Assembly: GCA_965199715.1 (NCBI GenBank)
Contig: OZ241322.1
Span: forward strand, 480,001 to 544,000
From: Vicinamibacteria bacterium
Lineage (GTDB): Bacteria > Acidobacteriota > Vicinamibacteria > Marinacidobacterales > Marinacidobacteraceae
Direction: 5' to 3'
DNA length: 64,000 nt
Shown here: one piece after another, positions 7,835 through 18,914 of the stretch
Numbering within the stretch: the first letter of the stretch is position 1
Layout: the number at the start of each line of letters is the position of its first letter
Program-made: the position numbers and the translations under genes
The notes under the pieces: model-generated
The model's database searches: none
The model's input: the letters and a program-made list of their open reading frames with translations, nothing else
What the model was told of the DNA's origin: nothing

Positions 7835-10540
7835 ATGCCCAACCTGGCGACCGAACCCGCGACGACCACCGGACTCGAGGAGGTTCCCCGGCGCGTCCCC
7901 GGCTCGGGAGCGGGCGAGGAAGGCGGACTACGGTTCGAGCGCTTCTTCACGACCCCCGCAACCTCCCCGTTCGACACGGTCGAATGGGAGCGGCGCGACG
8001 CCGTGATCACCGACGAGCACGGCAACGAGATCTTCGCCCAGCGCGGCGTGGAGTTCCCGAAAGCGTGGTCGCTCATGGCCACCTCGATCGTGGCCTCCAA
8101 GTACTTCCACGGATCGCTGGAGAAGGGTGAGCGCGAGTCGAGCGTGCGCCAGCTCGTGGGCCGGGTCGCCCGCCAGATCGCCCGGTGGGGCCGCGACGGC
8201 GGCTACTTCGCCGACGAAGAGTCGGCGACGACCTTCGAGGACGAACTGACCTGGCTGCTCCTCCACCAGCGGGCCGCGTTCAACTCCCCGGTCTGGTTCA
8301 ACTGCGGCGTCGAGGAAAGCCCGCAGTGCTCGGCGTGCTTCATCAACTCCGTCGAGGACACGATGGACTCCATCCTGACGCTCGCGCACACCGAGGGGAT
8401 GCTGTTCAAGTGGGGTTCGGGGACGGGCTCCAACCTCTCGGCGATCCGAAGCTCGCGGGAGTCGCTCTCGGGCGGCGGCATCGCGAGCGGCCCGGTGTCC
8501 TTCATGAAGGGCTTCGACTCGTTCGCCGGAGTGATCCGCAGCGGCGGCAAGACCCGCCGCGCCGCCAAGATGGTGATCCTGAACGTGGACCACCCGGACG
8601 TCCTCGACTTCATTGACTGCAAGTCGCGCGAGGAGCAGAAGGCCTGGGCGCTCATCGAGGCGGGCTACGACGGCTCCCTGAACGGCGCGGCCTACGCCTC
8701 CATCCAGTACCAGAACGCGAACCACAGCGTGCGCGTCAGCGACGCCTTCATGGAGGCCTGCGCCGCCGACGGCGCGTGGGAGACGCGGTCGATCACGAGC
8801 GGGGAGGTCATGGACCGGCTACGCGCCCGCGACGTGCTCCGCCGCATCGCCGAATCCACCCACGTGTGCGGGGATCCGGGGATGCAGTTCGACGACACGA
8901 TCAACCGCTGGCACACCTCGCCCAACAGCGGCCGCATCAACAGCTCGAACCCCTGCTCGGAGTACATGTACCTGGACGACTCCGCGTGCAATCTCGCGTC
9001 GCTGAACCTGATGCAGTTCCTCGACGACGTCGGGGAATTCGATACGCCAGCGTTCGAGAGCGCCGTGAACGTCCTGATCACCGGGATGGAGATCATCGTC
9101 GGGAACGCGAAGTACCCGACCGAGCGGATCCAGGCGAACTCGCACGCCTTCCGGCCGCTCGGACTCGGCTACGCGAACCTCGGCGCGCTCCTGATGCACT
9201 ACGGACTGCCCTACGACAGCGAGTCGGGGCGATCGCTCGCCGCGTCCATCACCTCGCTCATGACCGGCGCCGCGTACGGCCAGTCCGCGCGGATCGCGAC
9301 CGCAGTGGGCGTCTTCGACGGCTACCCCGAGAACCGCGAACCGTTCGGCGAGGTCATGCGGATGCACCGCAGCGCGGCGCACGACGTCCCCGAAGCCGGC
9401 GTGCCGCCGGACCTCCACCGCCGTAGCCGGGACGTATGGACCGAAACCATCGAGCTCGGCGACGCGGCCGGCTACCGGAACGGACAGGCCTCGGTCCTCG
9501 CGCCCACCGGCACCATCGGGCTGATGATGGACTGCGACACCACCGGCGTGGAGCCGGACCTCGCGCTCGTCAAGCACAAGAAGCTCATCGGCGGCGGCGT
9601 GATGCGCATCGTCAACCACACGGTCCCCGCCGCCCTCGCCCGCCTCGGCTACGGCCCGGCCGCCGCCGACGCGATCTGCCGCCACGTGGACGAACACGGG
9701 CACATCGAGGGGGCGCCCGGCCTCCGTCCGGACCACCTCGAGGTCTTCGACTGCGCCCTCAAGCCGACCGGCGGCTCCCGCTACATCCACCACATGGGCC
9801 ACGTGAAGATGATGGCCGCGGTCCAGCCGTTCCTCTCCGGCGCCATATCCAAGACGGTGAACATGCCGGAGGACAGCACCGTGGAGGAGATCGAGCGCGC
9901 CTACGACGCCGCCTGGAAGCTCGGCGTGAAGGCCATCGCCATCTACCGCGACGGCAGCAAGCGGGCGCAGCCGCTGAACCAGGGCAAGGAAGAGGCCGCT
10001 CCGACGACGGCGGCGGCTTTCGAGGGCGAAATCCTGCCCCCGGAGCGCGACGCCGTCATCCACAAATTCGACATCGGCGGGCACAAGGGATACCTCACCG
10101 TCGGCCTCCGGCCCGACGGCACGCCCTGCGAGATCTTCCTGCGCATGGCGAAGGAGGGCGCCTTCGTTTCCGGCATCATGGATTCGTTCGCCCGCTCGAT
10201 CTCGTACAACCTGCAGTACGGCGTCCCGCTGCGCGTTCTGGTGGAGAAGTTCTCCCACACCCGGTTCGAGCCCTCGGGATACACCGGCAACCCGGAGATC
10301 CCCCACGCGGACTCGATCACCGACTACATCTTCCGCTGGCTCGAGCTGCGCTTCCTCCAGGACGAGGACGAGGCGCCCGAGCCCGTCCGGGCGAAGCGGC
10401 CCCCCGGACGGGAGCGGATCCCCCAGCCGTCGGCCGTGTTCGCCGACGCTCCGCCGTGCTCGACCTGCGGCGCTCTCATGGTCCGCAGCGGCACCTGCTT
10501 CAAGTGCCTGAACTGCGGCGCGACTTCGGGCTGCTCCTGA
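7835..10540 (+). CDS. nrdJ: Vitamin B12-dependent (class II) ribonucleotide reductase with C-terminal TSCPD/zinc-ribbon domain
   Basis: FNSPVWFN, QCSACFI, GGKTRRAAKM, NPCSE, CNLASLN, APTGTI, GAISKT, terminal CSTC...CLNCGATSGCS. Confidence 0.95.
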   Translation: MPNLATEPATTTGLEEVPRRVPGSGAGEEGGLRFERFFTTPATSPFDTVEWERRDAVITDEHGNEIFAQRGVEFPKAWSLMATSIVASKYFHGSLEKGERESSVRQLVGRVARQIARWGRDGGYFADEESATTFEDELTWLLLHQRAAFNSPVWFNCGVEESPQCSACFINSVEDTMDSILTLAHTEGMLFKWGSGTGSNLSAIRSSRESLSGGGIASGPVSFMKGFDSFAGVIRSGGKTRRAAKMVILNVDHPDVLDFIDCKSREEQKAWALIEAGYDGSLNGAAYASIQYQNANHSVRVSDAFMEACAADGAWETRSITSGEVMDRLRARDVLRRIAESTHVCGDPGMQFDDTINRWHTSPNSGRINSSNPCSEYMYLDDSACNLASLNLMQFLDDVGEFDTPAFESAVNVLITGMEIIVGNAKYPTERIQANSHAFRPLGLGYANLGALLMHYGLPYDSESGRSLAASITSLMTGAAYGQSARIATAVGVFDGYPENREPFGEVMRMHRSAAHDVPEAGVPPDLHRRSRDVWTETIELGDAAGYRNGQASVLAPTGTIGLMMDCDTTGVEPDLALVKHKKLIGGGVMRIVNHTVPAALARLGYGPAAADAICRHVDEHGHIEGAPGLRPDHLEVFDCALKPTGGSRYIHHMGHVKMMAAVQPFLSGAISKTVNMPEDSTVEEIERAYDAAWKLGVKAIAIYRDGSKRAQPLNQGKEEAAPTTAAAFEGEILPPERDAVIHKFDIGGHKGYLTVGLRPDGTPCEIFLRMAKEGAFVSGIMDSFARSISYNLQYGVPLRVLVEKFSHTRFEPSGYTGNPEIPHADSITDYIFRWLELRFLQDEDEAPEPVRAKRPPGRERIPQPSAVFADAPPCSTCGALMVRSGTCFKCLNCGATSGCS

Positions 10541-10544
10541 TCGG

Positions 10545-11837
10545 TCAGGCGGCGAGCGTCCCGACCGCGACGCCGCCGCCGTCGGTCGCGTGGATCCGGA
10601 CCGACTCGATCCGGTTCTCGAGCGGCGCGTCCGCGACCGCCGCGACCCGAAGATAGGAGTCGGTCAGCCCGGTCCACCGGCCGGCCGCGTCCCGCTGCTC
10701 GAATAGAACCTCGACCGTCCGGCCGACGTGGGCTCCGGCGAAGGCCTCGCGCCGCCGGTCCGACAGTTCCCGAAGCCAGCGGCTCCTCGAGGCGATCTCC
10801 TCGGGAGGGACCTGCCCGGGCAATCCCGCCGCCCGGGTTCCGGCGCGCGGCGAGTAGCTAAAGACGTGGTAGTAGGCGAAGGGCATCTCCCCGAGCCAGT
10901 CGCAGGTCTCCTCGAAGTCGGCCCGGGTCTCGCCCGGATACCCCACGATCACGTCGGTGCCGAGCCCGAGTCCGGGGACCAGCGCCGCCGCGCGCTCCAC
11001 GAACCTGCGGTATTCGTCCGCCGCATACTTGCGCCCCATCGCGGCGAGGACCCGGTCCGAACCCGACTGAACCGGCAGGTGCAAGTAGCGGCACAGCTTC
11101 CCGCCCTCCCCCATGTGCTCGAGCAGGCGATCCTCCACCGTCGTCGGCTCGATCGACGTGATCCGGACCCGGTCGAGCGCGGGAATCTCCTCGAGCCGCC
11201 GGGCCACGTCGGCGAGCGTCCGGCCGCCGCTTCGGTAGCGCCCGATGTTCACTCCGGTGAGCACCAGTTCCCGGTGTCCGGCGACGGTCAGCTCGGCGGC
11301 CTCGCGGACGAGGTCGGGAAATCGGCGGCTCCGCTCCCGGCCCCGCGTGAAGGGAATGATGCAAAAGCCGCAGAAGAAGTCGCACCCGTCCTGCACCTTC
11401 AGGTTCGCCCGGGTGGAGTCGTAGCGCCCGGTGGAGGGAACCTCGAACTCCTCGCGCGAGATTCGGGCGGAGTGCAGCACGACCGGCTCGGACAGCTTCC
11501 GCGGCCGGTCGAGGTAGTCGGGAAACGCGTTCTTGAACTCGCTTCCGACGATCATGTCCACACCGGGAATCTCCCGCAGCGCGTCGAGGCCCGACTGCGC
11601 GTAGCACCCGGTCACGACCACGAACGCCTGCGGCGACTTCCGCAAGGCGCGACGCACCGTGTTGCGGCAATGCGCCTCGGCCCGGTGGGTCACCGAGCAG
11701 GTGTTGATGACGACGAGATCCGCCGCCGAGCCGAACGGCACGATGCGATAGCCCTTGGCCTCGAACTGCCCGGCCCACCCCGCCGCCTCCGTGTGGTTCA
11801 GTCGGCAACCGAGCGAGGCGAAGGCGGCGCGCGGCAC
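10545..11837 (-). CDS. mtaB: tRNA t6A methylthiotransferase (radical SAM, MiaB/MtaB family)
   Basis: LGCRLN, INTCSVT, VTGCYAQ, KVQDGCDFFCGFC, C-terminal TRAM-like region. Confidence 0.9.
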   Translation of the reverse strand: MPRAAFASLGCRLNHTEAAGWAGQFEAKGYRIVPFGSAADLVVINTCSVTHRAEAHCRNTVRRALRKSPQAFVVVTGCYAQSGLDALREIPGVDMIVGSEFKNAFPDYLDRPRKLSEPVVLHSARISREEFEVPSTGRYDSTRANLKVQDGCDFFCGFCIIPFTRGRERSRRFPDLVREAAELTVAGHRELVLTGVNIGRYRSGGRTLADVARRLEEIPALDRVRITSIEPTTVEDRLLEHMGEGGKLCRYLHLPVQSGSDRVLAAMGRKYAADEYRRFVERAAALVPGLGLGTDVIVGYPGETRADFEETCDWLGEMPFAYYHVFSYSPRAGTRAAGLPGQVPPEEIASRSRWLRELSDRRREAFAGAHVGRTVEVLFEQRDAAGRWTGLTDSYLRVAAVADAPLENRIESVRIHATDGGGVAVGTLAA

Positions 11838-11889
11838 CCGGATATTCTAGGAGCGTCATGCATCGACGCTCCGGAACCGGAATCTGACC

Positions 11890-13656
11890 ATGGACGAACT
11901 CGGTCTCGCGCTCGTCGCCCTCACGCCCATCGCCGTGGTGGCGTTCTTCCTGGTCCTGCTTCGCTGGCCGGCGTCGCGGGCGATGCCGCTCAGTTGGCTC
12001 GCCGCCGCCGCGCTCGCGCTCACCGTGTGGGGCGTGCCGGGGATGCGCATCGCCGCCGCCTCCATCAATGGCCTCATCGTCGCGCTGACGCTTCTGTACA
12101 TCATCTTCGGGGCGCTGCTGCTGCTCCACACGCTGCGAGAGAGCGGGGCCCTTCGGGTGATCCGGCAGGGCTTCGTGGGCATCAGCCCCGACCGCCGCGT
12201 CCAGGTGATCCTGATCGCGTGGCTCTTCGGGGCCTTCATCGAGGGTTCGGCCGGATTCGGGACCCCGGCGGCGGTCGCGGTGCCGCTGCTCGTGGGCCTC
12301 GGATTTCCGCCGCTCGCCGGGGTCGTCGCCGGGATGCTCATCCAGAGCACCCCGGTCTCGTTCGGCGCCGCCGGGACCCCGATCCTCGTGGGGGTTTCGA
12401 ACGGTCTCGCCGGGGACGCGGCGGTCGCGGCGTGGCAGTCCGGGCTGGGACTCGCCGAGTGGAGCGACCTCATGGCGTTCCTCGGGCTCCGGGTGGCCAT
12501 CCTCCACGCCGTCGCCGGGACGCTCGTGCCGCTGATCGTCGTGGCCACCATGACCCGCTTCTTCGGCGCGAACCGCAGCTTCCGCGAGGGGCTCGCCGTC
12601 TGGCGTTTCGCGCTCTTCGCCGCGGTCGCCATGACCGGGCCCTACCTGCTCACCGCGTGGCTGCTCGGTCCGGAATTCCCCTCGCTTTTCGGCGGGCTCG
12701 CCGGACTCGCGATCACCATCGCGGCGGCCCGGCGCGGGCTCTTCATGCCGCCGGTCTCCAGGCCGTGGGACTTCCCGGCGAAGTCCACCTGGGACAAGGA
12801 GTGGACCAGCGATCGGGCGACGGCCGAGGACGGCGGACCCGCCGAGACGCGGATGGGGCCGGTCCGGGCGTGGATTCCCTACGCGGTCGTCGGGCTGCTG
12901 CTTCTCGTCACGCGCCTTCCCGCGCTCCCGCTCAAGGACGCGCTCTCCGGGGTCGTGATCGCGTGGAGGGACATCCTCGGGAGCGGAATCGACGCGAGCT
13001 TCGCCCCGCTGTTCCTTCCCGGCGCGATGTTCATCGCCGCCGCCGCCGTCGCCTTCGTCGCGCACCGGATGAACTCGCGGCAGATGGGGCGGGCGCTCTC
13101 GCACTCGCTGCGGAGCACCGCGATGGCCTCGGTCGCGCTCGTGTTCACCGTGCCCATGGTGCAGGTGTTCCTGAACACCGCGGACGGTGCGGCCGGCCTC
13201 CCGCCGATGCCGATCGCGCTGGCCGAAGGAGCCGCGGCGCTCGCCGGCGGCGCCTGGCCGTTCTTCGCCCCGTTCATCGGGGGGATCGGGGCGTTCGTCG
13301 CCGGAAGCAACACGGTGAGCAACATGATGTTCTCGCTGTTCCAGTTCGGGGTCGGCGAGCGACTCGGGCTGGATCCGGGCTGGGTCGTCGCGCTCCAGGC
13401 CGTCGGGGGGGCCGCCGGGAACATGGTCTGCGTCCACAACGTGGTCGCGGCGTCCGCGGTGGTCGGCCTGATCGGGCGCGAGGGAGCGGTCATCCGCCGG
13501 ACGCTCGTCCCCTTCGCCTACTACGCGCTGCTGCCGGGCGCCCTCGGCTACTCGATCCTGTGGTCCGGAAGCAGCGGCCTCCTGAACGCCGGGACGGTGG
13601 TCGTCGCCCTGATCGCGGCGTTCGCCGCGTGGTTTGTGATCCGGGGAACGCGCTAG
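11890..13656 (+). CDS. lctP: L-lactate permease
   Basis: Many TM helices; [38 protein letters not shown]. Confidence 0.93.
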   Translation: MDELGLALVALTPIAVVAFFLVLLRWPASRAMPLSWLAAAALALTVWGVPGMRIAAASINGLIVALTLLYIIFGALLLLHTLRESGALRVIRQGFVGISPDRRVQVILIAWLFGAFIEGSAGFGTPAAVAVPLLVGLGFPPLAGVVAGMLIQSTPVSFGAAGTPILVGVSNGLAGDAAVAAWQSGLGLAEWSDLMAFLGLRVAILHAVAGTLVPLIVVATMTRFFGANRSFREGLAVWRFALFAAVAMTGPYLLTAWLLGPEFPSLFGGLAGLAITIAAARRGLFMPPVSRPWDFPAKSTWDKEWTSDRATAEDGGPAETRMGPVRAWIPYAVVGLLLLVTRLPALPLKDALSGVVIAWRDILGSGIDASFAPLFLPGAMFIAAAAVAFVAHRMNSRQMGRALSHSLRSTAMASVALVFTVPMVQVFLNTADGAAGLPPMPIALAEGAAALAGGAWPFFAPFIGGIGAFVAGSNTVSNMMFSLFQFGVGERLGLDPGWVVALQAVGGAAGNMVCVHNVVAASAVVGLIGREGAVIRRTLVPFAYYALLPGALGYSILWSGSSGLLNAGTVVVALIAAFAAWFVIRGTR

Positions 13657-15710
13657 GGGAGCAGCGAACGGCCGTCCATCGATTCGGGAACGGCCACGCC
13701 CAGCAATTCGAGCGCCGTCGGGGCCACGTCCCGCAGGCGCGCTCCGCCCCTCAGCGCGAAGTTCGCGAGCACGACGCCGTCCACGTCCTCCATGGAGCAG
13801 TGGTCGCCGCTCCAGTCGTCGAGGTTCGGAGTGATCGGGTCGGCCGGCATCCCCCCGAGCGTGCTCTGCCAGCCGATGCGGTAGCCGGGCGCGAGGCCGA
13901 GGATCAGGTCGGGCGCCTCCTCGAGGAAATCCCCCTCGTATACGTCCTCGCGCCGATGGACGCTGCGCACGATGCGCTCGCCGGTCTCGGGATCCTCGAA
14001 CGCCAGCAGATCCGCGACGAGCCGCGAGACGAGCGCGTCCCGTTCCGCGCCGGGCGCGACGATCCCGGCGGGCTCCCTGCCCCGCTGGTTCAAGTAGATC
14101 CCCGAGAGCCCCAGCGCGAACGCCTCGGTCCGCGACCAGTCCACTCCCTCGAAGAAGAGCGAGCCGGGCCGGAAGAGGTCCTCCAGCCGCCGCTCCGCCC
14201 CGTCGCCGGCCGCGGCCATGTAGCCGTTTTGGGCCAGCCAGGTGTTCACGTTGAACTGCTTGCGGAACGAGTGGAAGCCGTGGTCGGACACGACGAGGAT
14301 CCGAGTCCCCGGCGGCGCGGCGGCGGTCGCCTCGCCCACGATCCGGTCCATGTCCCGGTACGCCCCGGCGATCCCCTCGCCGAGGAAGGCGCGCTCGGGA
14401 TCGTGGTTCGGATGGTCGGGATCGGCGAACCGGTAGAGCATGTGCTGGAGCCGGTCGGGGAACAGGAAGACCGAGACGAGCAGGCGCCAGTCGGTCCCGC
14501 CGAGCTGGTCCATGAGCAGCCGCTCGTTCGTCTCCCGAGCGAAGCGCGCGTCCTCGAGGAACGCCTCGATGGGCACGGCGCCGTCCCGCAGCGGATTCGT
14601 GACGATCTTCCAGCCGATCGTCTCGAAGACGCCGTTGCGCTCGGCGAGCTCGCCGGCGAAGGACCGGGGCCACGAGAGCGGGAGCAGCGATGGAATCCGC
14701 CGCGGGTCGAAGTTGATGGGCTCCATGTACACGGAAAGATTCGGCTCCGTCTCGAGCAGCCGGAACCGGACGGTCCCAAAGAGGCGCACCAGCGGGTTGA
14801 GCGCGAAGCGAACCGGAACGAAGTCGGACCACGCGTGCGGCTCGAGGCGGATCTCGTGGTCCTGCACCGAGATCGAGACGCCGCTTCCGCTGCGGGCGAA
14901 GCGAATCGGAATCTCGAGCTCCGGCTGGGCGGACTCGGTGAAGTCCCGCGGCCCCCGGATCACGCTGTCCGCGACCCCGTCCGCAAAACGCAGCGGGAAG
15001 CGGGTTCCCCCGGTCTCGGTGGTGGCCTCCTCGACGAGGTCCGAGGTGTAGAGCGACCACAGCCCGAACGAGCGCCGGACGTCGGGGACGCCGAACCCGG
15101 CGAGCACCTTCGACCCGTCCGACCGCTCCACCGGAAAGTCCATGGGCGCGGAAAGCGCCACCGTCGGAACGCCGGCCTCGCCGGCGAGCTTCCAGAAGGA
15201 GTGCCCCTCCCGGCTGCGCACCGCTTCGGGAACCCACCGCGGCGTCCACCACGAACCGCCGAACGCGACCGCCGCCAGCGCGAGCCCGACCAGGCCGGCC
15301 CAGCGCCGCCAGCGGAACGCGAGTCCGGCGAGGACGAGCAGGAGCGCGACCACGGCGATCCGAACGCCGAGGCCGGGCAGCGCGCGCTGCGACTCCCGCA
15401 CCAGCGCGATCCGGGGCGCGTAGCCGCCCGGGGTCTTCTCGAGGAAATCGAAAATGCGGGTCCGGCCCGGATTCATGCCCGTGGCGAAGGTGGCCCACGC
15501 CACCGGAGACTCGGAGGGCGTGGTGGTCCCGAGCGCGGCGAACGTCCCCTCCTCGGCGAGCCGCGCCAGATGCGGAAGCTCGCCCGCCTCGATCAGAGTC
15601 GCCACCACGTCCGGGTCGGCGCCGTCGAACCCAAGGACCAGCAGCCGCTCCTCCGCCCCCGCGCTCGCCGCCGCCAGGAGCCCCAGCGCGAAGCCGACCC
15701 GGTTGACCAT
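13653..15710 (-). CDS. Alkaline phosphatase superfamily phosphodiesterase/nucleotide pyrophosphatase
   Basis: Signal peptide, [33 protein letters not shown]. Confidence 0.85.
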   Translation of the reverse strand: MVNRVGFALGLLAAASAGAEERLLVLGFDGADPDVVATLIEAGELPHLARLAEEGTFAALGTTTPSESPVAWATFATGMNPGRTRIFDFLEKTPGGYAPRIALVRESQRALPGLGVRIAVVALLLVLAGLAFRWRRWAGLVGLALAAVAFGGSWWTPRWVPEAVRSREGHSFWKLAGEAGVPTVALSAPMDFPVERSDGSKVLAGFGVPDVRRSFGLWSLYTSDLVEEATTETGGTRFPLRFADGVADSVIRGPRDFTESAQPELEIPIRFARSGSGVSISVQDHEIRLEPHAWSDFVPVRFALNPLVRLFGTVRFRLLETEPNLSVYMEPINFDPRRIPSLLPLSWPRSFAGELAERNGVFETIGWKIVTNPLRDGAVPIEAFLEDARFARETNERLLMDQLGGTDWRLLVSVFLFPDRLQHMLYRFADPDHPNHDPERAFLGEGIAGAYRDMDRIVGEATAAAPPGTRILVVSDHGFHSFRKQFNVNTWLAQNGYMAAAGDGAERRLEDLFRPGSLFFEGVDWSRTEAFALGLSGIYLNQRGREPAGIVAPGAERDALVSRLVADLLAFEDPETGERIVRSVHRREDVYEGDFLEEAPDLILGLAPGYRIGWQSTLGGMPADPITPNLDDWSGDHCSMEDVDGVVLANFALRGGARLRDVAPTALELLGVAVPESMDGRSLLP

Positions 15711-15741
15711 CGCGGGGAATCTACCGCGGTAGAATTTCGTC
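15711..15741. promoter_or_regulatory. Back-to-back -10 hexamers (putative bidirectional leaderless promoter)
   Basis: TAGAAT 15730-15735 is 6 nt before GTG 15742; TAGATT (minus, 15718-15723) is 7 nt before ATG 15710; palindrome TCTACCGCGGTAGA. Confidence 0.6.
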
Positions 15742-17025
15742 GTGTACAAGTTCGGCCTTCTCGCGGCGTGCCTCCCCGCGCTCGCCTTCGCCCAGGAACC
15801 GGAGGTCGAACTTCGCTTCGCCGACGAATTGGAGGCCATCCGCGACGATCCGCGGGTGCGCGCCGCGCTCGACGAGGTGCTCGCGATGGATGCGGACAAC
15901 GAGTCGCTCCTCATCGAGTTGACCGAGATCCCGGCGCCCCCGTTCATGGAGGAGGTGCGGGCGGCGCACTACCTCGGACTCGTGCGCGAGGCCGGCTTCG
16001 AGGGCGAACTGGACGAGATCGGCAACGTCCTCGCCCGGATCGAGGGGACGGTCGGCGACCGGACGATCGCCGTGGTCGCCCACCTCGACACGGTGTTCCC
16101 CGAGGGCACCGACGTGACCGTCCGCCGCGACGGCGACAAGCTCATGGCCCCGGGAATCGCCGACGACACGCGGGGTCTCGTGACCATGCTCACGACCATG
16201 AAACTGCTCGACCGCCACGGCCTCAAGACCCGGGACGACGTCCTCTTCGTGGGTTCCGTGGGCGAGGAGGGGCTCGGCGACCTGCGCGGCGTGAAGCACC
16301 TCTTCCGGAAAGGCGGCCCGTCCATCGACGCATTCATCGCGATCGACGGGACGAGCAACACCCGGGTGCTGAACCACGCCATCGGCAGCCACCGCTACCG
16401 CGTGACCTTCCTCGGTCCCGGCGGCCACTCGTGGGGCGCGTTCGGCCTCGGCAACCCGGCGCACGCGCTTTCGCGCGCGGTGAAGCTGTTCGACGACCGC
16501 GCCGGCGAGTACGTCACCGCGGGCGACAAGACGACCTACAACATCGGGCGGATCGGCGGCGGCACCTCGGTGAACTCAATCCCGTTCGAGACGTGGATGG
16601 AGGTGGACATGCGGTCCATGGCGCCGGCCCGGCTTCAGGAGATCGACGCCATCTTCCAAGGCGCCATGAAGGACGCGCTCGAGGAGCAGAACGCGCTGCG
16701 GCGCGACGGCGAGGAGCTGACCGTCGATATCGACATGATCGGCAACCGTCCCTCGGGGATCGTGCCCGCGGACGCGCCGCTGATCCAGCGCGCGCTGGCG
16801 GCGACCCTCGCCGTCGGGGCAGAACCCGAGTTCAGCATGGGATCCACCGATTCGAACGTGCCCATCTCGCTTGGGATTCCGGCCACGACGATCGGCAGCG
16901 GCGGCGAGGGATTCGGGGCGCACTCGCTCCACGAGTGGTGGGCGAACCGGGACGGACACCTCGGCATCCAGAAGGCGATCCTGCTGGTGCTCGCCGAGGC
17001 CGGCTTCGAGCCCGAGTCCCGCTAG
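15742..17025 (+). CDS. Exported M20/M25/M40 metallopeptidase
   Basis: Signal peptide, AHLDTVFP, GIADD, GEEGLGDLRG, GGHSW, STDSN, AHSLHE. Confidence 0.9.
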   Translation: MYKFGLLAACLPALAFAQEPEVELRFADELEAIRDDPRVRAALDEVLAMDADNESLLIELTEIPAPPFMEEVRAAHYLGLVREAGFEGELDEIGNVLARIEGTVGDRTIAVVAHLDTVFPEGTDVTVRRDGDKLMAPGIADDTRGLVTMLTTMKLLDRHGLKTRDDVLFVGSVGEEGLGDLRGVKHLFRKGGPSIDAFIAIDGTSNTRVLNHAIGSHRYRVTFLGPGGHSWGAFGLGNPAHALSRAVKLFDDRAGEYVTAGDKTTYNIGRIGGGTSVNSIPFETWMEVDMRSMAPARLQEIDAIFQGAMKDALEEQNALRRDGEELTVDIDMIGNRPSGIVPADAPLIQRALAATLAVGAEPEFSMGSTDSNVPISLGIPATTIGSGGEGFGAHSLHEWWANRDGHLGIQKAILLVLAEAGFEPESR

Positions 17026-17027
17026 CG

Positions 17028-17324
17028 GTGTCCTCCTGCGAGTTCGATTTCCGGCTCGAGGTTCCGGCCGCGTCGCTGCTCGAGGCGATGCGTCGCGACT
17101 TCGCCCGGTTCGGCGGCGCCGTGACCGGGGCGACGGAGTCCGGCGGCTACGGCGAGTTCACCTTGCCGACGCCCATCGGGGAGTTCGCCGGGGTCTTCCA
17201 GGTCGCGGACCGGGACGGCGGCTGCGACGTGCGCATCGAGGTGGAGGGCAAGCCGCTCTTCGTCACCTGCGGCATGATCGGCGAGCACCTCAGGCGGCGG
17301 CTGCGCAAGGCGGCCGCCGCCTGA
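17028..17324 (+). CDS. Small hypothetical protein
   Basis: GTG 2 nt after the upstream stop; host-like codon usage; globular sequence ending KPLFVTCGMI. Confidence 0.65.
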   Translation: MSSCEFDFRLEVPAASLLEAMRRDFARFGGAVTGATESGGYGEFTLPTPIGEFAGVFQVADRDGGCDVRIEVEGKPLFVTCGMIGEHLRRRLRKAAAA

Positions 17325-17328
17325 GGAC

Positions 17329-18207
17329 TCAGCGGCGGGCGACCGGGTTCTCGAGAACTCCGACGGTCTCGACCTCGACCGAGACCATGTCGCCCTCGCT
17401 CATCGCCTGCGTGGTTCCCGGGGTGCCGGTGAAGATGACGTCTCCGGGCGCGAGCGTCACGTAGCGGCTCAGGTAGCTCACGATCGTCGCGCAGTCGAAG
17501 ATCAGGTCGCTCGTCCGCTGCTCCTGAACGACCTCGCCATTCAGACGGGTGGTCAGCAGCACGTCGTCGCAGTCCGCGCCCCGTGAAATGACCGGGCCAA
17601 TCGGCCCGTAGGTGTCCGACGCCTTCGCCCGGAACCACTGGAGGTCGGCCCCCTGCCAGTCCCGCTCGCTCACGTCGTTTCCGGCCGTGATGCCGAACAC
17701 GTGATCAAGCGCGTCGGCCTCGGACACGTCCCGGGCCTCCTTCCCGATCACGATGACCATCTCGCCCTCGTAGTGGACGTTCCCCGCGTCCCCAGTCATT
17801 TCGATCGCGTCGCCGGGCCCCACGATGCTGGTCGGGAGCTTCGCGAACACGCCGGGATACGCCGCCGGCTCGCGCCCGCCGAGATGCGAGGCGTAGTTCA
17901 GCCCGATGGCGATCACCTTGCCCGGCATCGCCGGGGCGAGCATCCGGGCCGAGGACCCAGCGAGCCGTTCGCCGGTGGGGGCTCCGCCCTCCCACGGGGC
18001 GGCGTGCAGCACGACGACCTCCTCGCCTTCCATGCGGCCCCACATCGCGTCGCTCGAAGCGCCGGCGACCCTGACGTAGTGGCCGTCAGGCTGATCGTCC
18101 ACGGCGACGGGCATGGGGCCCTGCATCTCCGGCCCTTCGGAATCCATGGGCGCGCCGCAGCCAAGGGCGCCGAGCGCGGCAATCAGGAACAGCGGGCGAA
18201 GACGCAT
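17329..18207 (-). CDS. Fumarylacetoacetate hydrolase family protein with lipoprotein-type signal
   Basis: GGAGG RBS; LGALGC lipobox; IGLNYASH, HYEGE, GNDVSERDWQ, GDVIFTGTP. Confidence 0.9.
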   Translation of the reverse strand: MRLRPLFLIAALGALGCGAPMDSEGPEMQGPMPVAVDDQPDGHYVRVAGASSDAMWGRMEGEEVVVLHAAPWEGGAPTGERLAGSSARMLAPAMPGKVIAIGLNYASHLGGREPAAYPGVFAKLPTSIVGPGDAIEMTGDAGNVHYEGEMVIVIGKEARDVSEADALDHVFGITAGNDVSERDWQGADLQWFRAKASDTYGPIGPVISRGADCDDVLLTTRLNGEVVQEQRTSDLIFDCATIVSYLSRYVTLAPGDVIFTGTPGTTQAMSEGDMVSVEVETVGVLENPVARR

Positions 18208-18235
18208 GCGGGAGACCTCCGAAAGGCCGAGGGTA

Positions 18236-18628
18236 TCAGCCGCCGGGCGCGCACTCGCGGGAACGATTCCGGGCCACCACCTCGTAGGCAAGCGCCTCCA
18301 GCGCGAGCAGCGGCGGAACCGCGAAGGCGAGGATCGCCCCCGCCCGCAACAGCCATCCGCCGACCCCGCCGGGGCGAGCGGCGAGCAGGAAGCGATTCAC
18401 CGCGAGCGCCCCGCCCCAGACCCGTCCTCCGGGGATCGCGAAACGAAGACGGCGTTCGCAGTCGGCGCGGCTCAGCCCGAGCGCCGCGAGCTCCGCGTCG
18501 GCGCACTCCTGAAACGCAGCGAAACGCACCCGACCTGAACCGTCAAGCCGGGCCGCCGTCCGCACGGCCCGATTGCAGAATCCGCAGCCGCCGTCGTAGA
18601 TGAGAAGTGGCTGACCGCCCGGCCTCAC
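18236..18628 (-). CDS. DCC family (DUF393) thiol-disulfide oxidoreductase-like protein
   Basis: IYDGGCGFC and C-terminal YEVVARNR; GTG overlaps the upstream TGA. Confidence 0.85.
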   Translation of the reverse strand: MRPGGQPLLIYDGGCGFCNRAVRTAARLDGSGRVRFAAFQECADAELAALGLSRADCERRLRFAIPGGRVWGGALAVNRFLLAARPGGVGGWLLRAGAILAFAVPPLLALEALAYEVVARNRSRECAPGG

Positions 18629-18894
18629 GGCCGGTCGAGATCCAGCCGGGGCACGTCCTGCCCGCTTCCGTTGAACGAGTTCGTCGGATGCCGTCGGAGC
18701 AGCCACGTCCGCAACAGGCCGAACCCGAAGCCGAGGACGATGGTCAGGCCGATGGCGGCTCCGACGAAGGCGAACGACTCGAGGATCACGAAGAGGATTC
18801 CCCGAGGCGGCTCGGGATCGGGAAGCGTGAAGTACTCAACCGGAACCGGTTGACCGATCGCGACGGCGAGTAGGCCGAGAATCAGGAAGGGCAT
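18625..18894 (-). CDS. Small membrane protein
   Basis: Signal-like N-terminus plus one TM helix; coupled to the DCC gene. Confidence 0.6.
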   Translation of the reverse strand: MPFLILGLLAVAIGQPVPVEYFTLPDPEPPRGILFVILESFAFVGAAIGLTIVLGFGFGLLRTWLLRRHPTNSFNGSGQDVPRLDLDRP

Positions 18895-18914
18895 GGAGGG
18901 CCTGCCGCTGGATT

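Noticed and set aside
10728-17324. 2198-aa ORF and other giant ORFs (10858-15498, 2462-5236, 5' part of 45648-50309)
   Set aside because: Antisense or off-frame shadows of recognisable genes in high-GC DNA; only the 3' ends (17028-17324 and 48792-50309) look real
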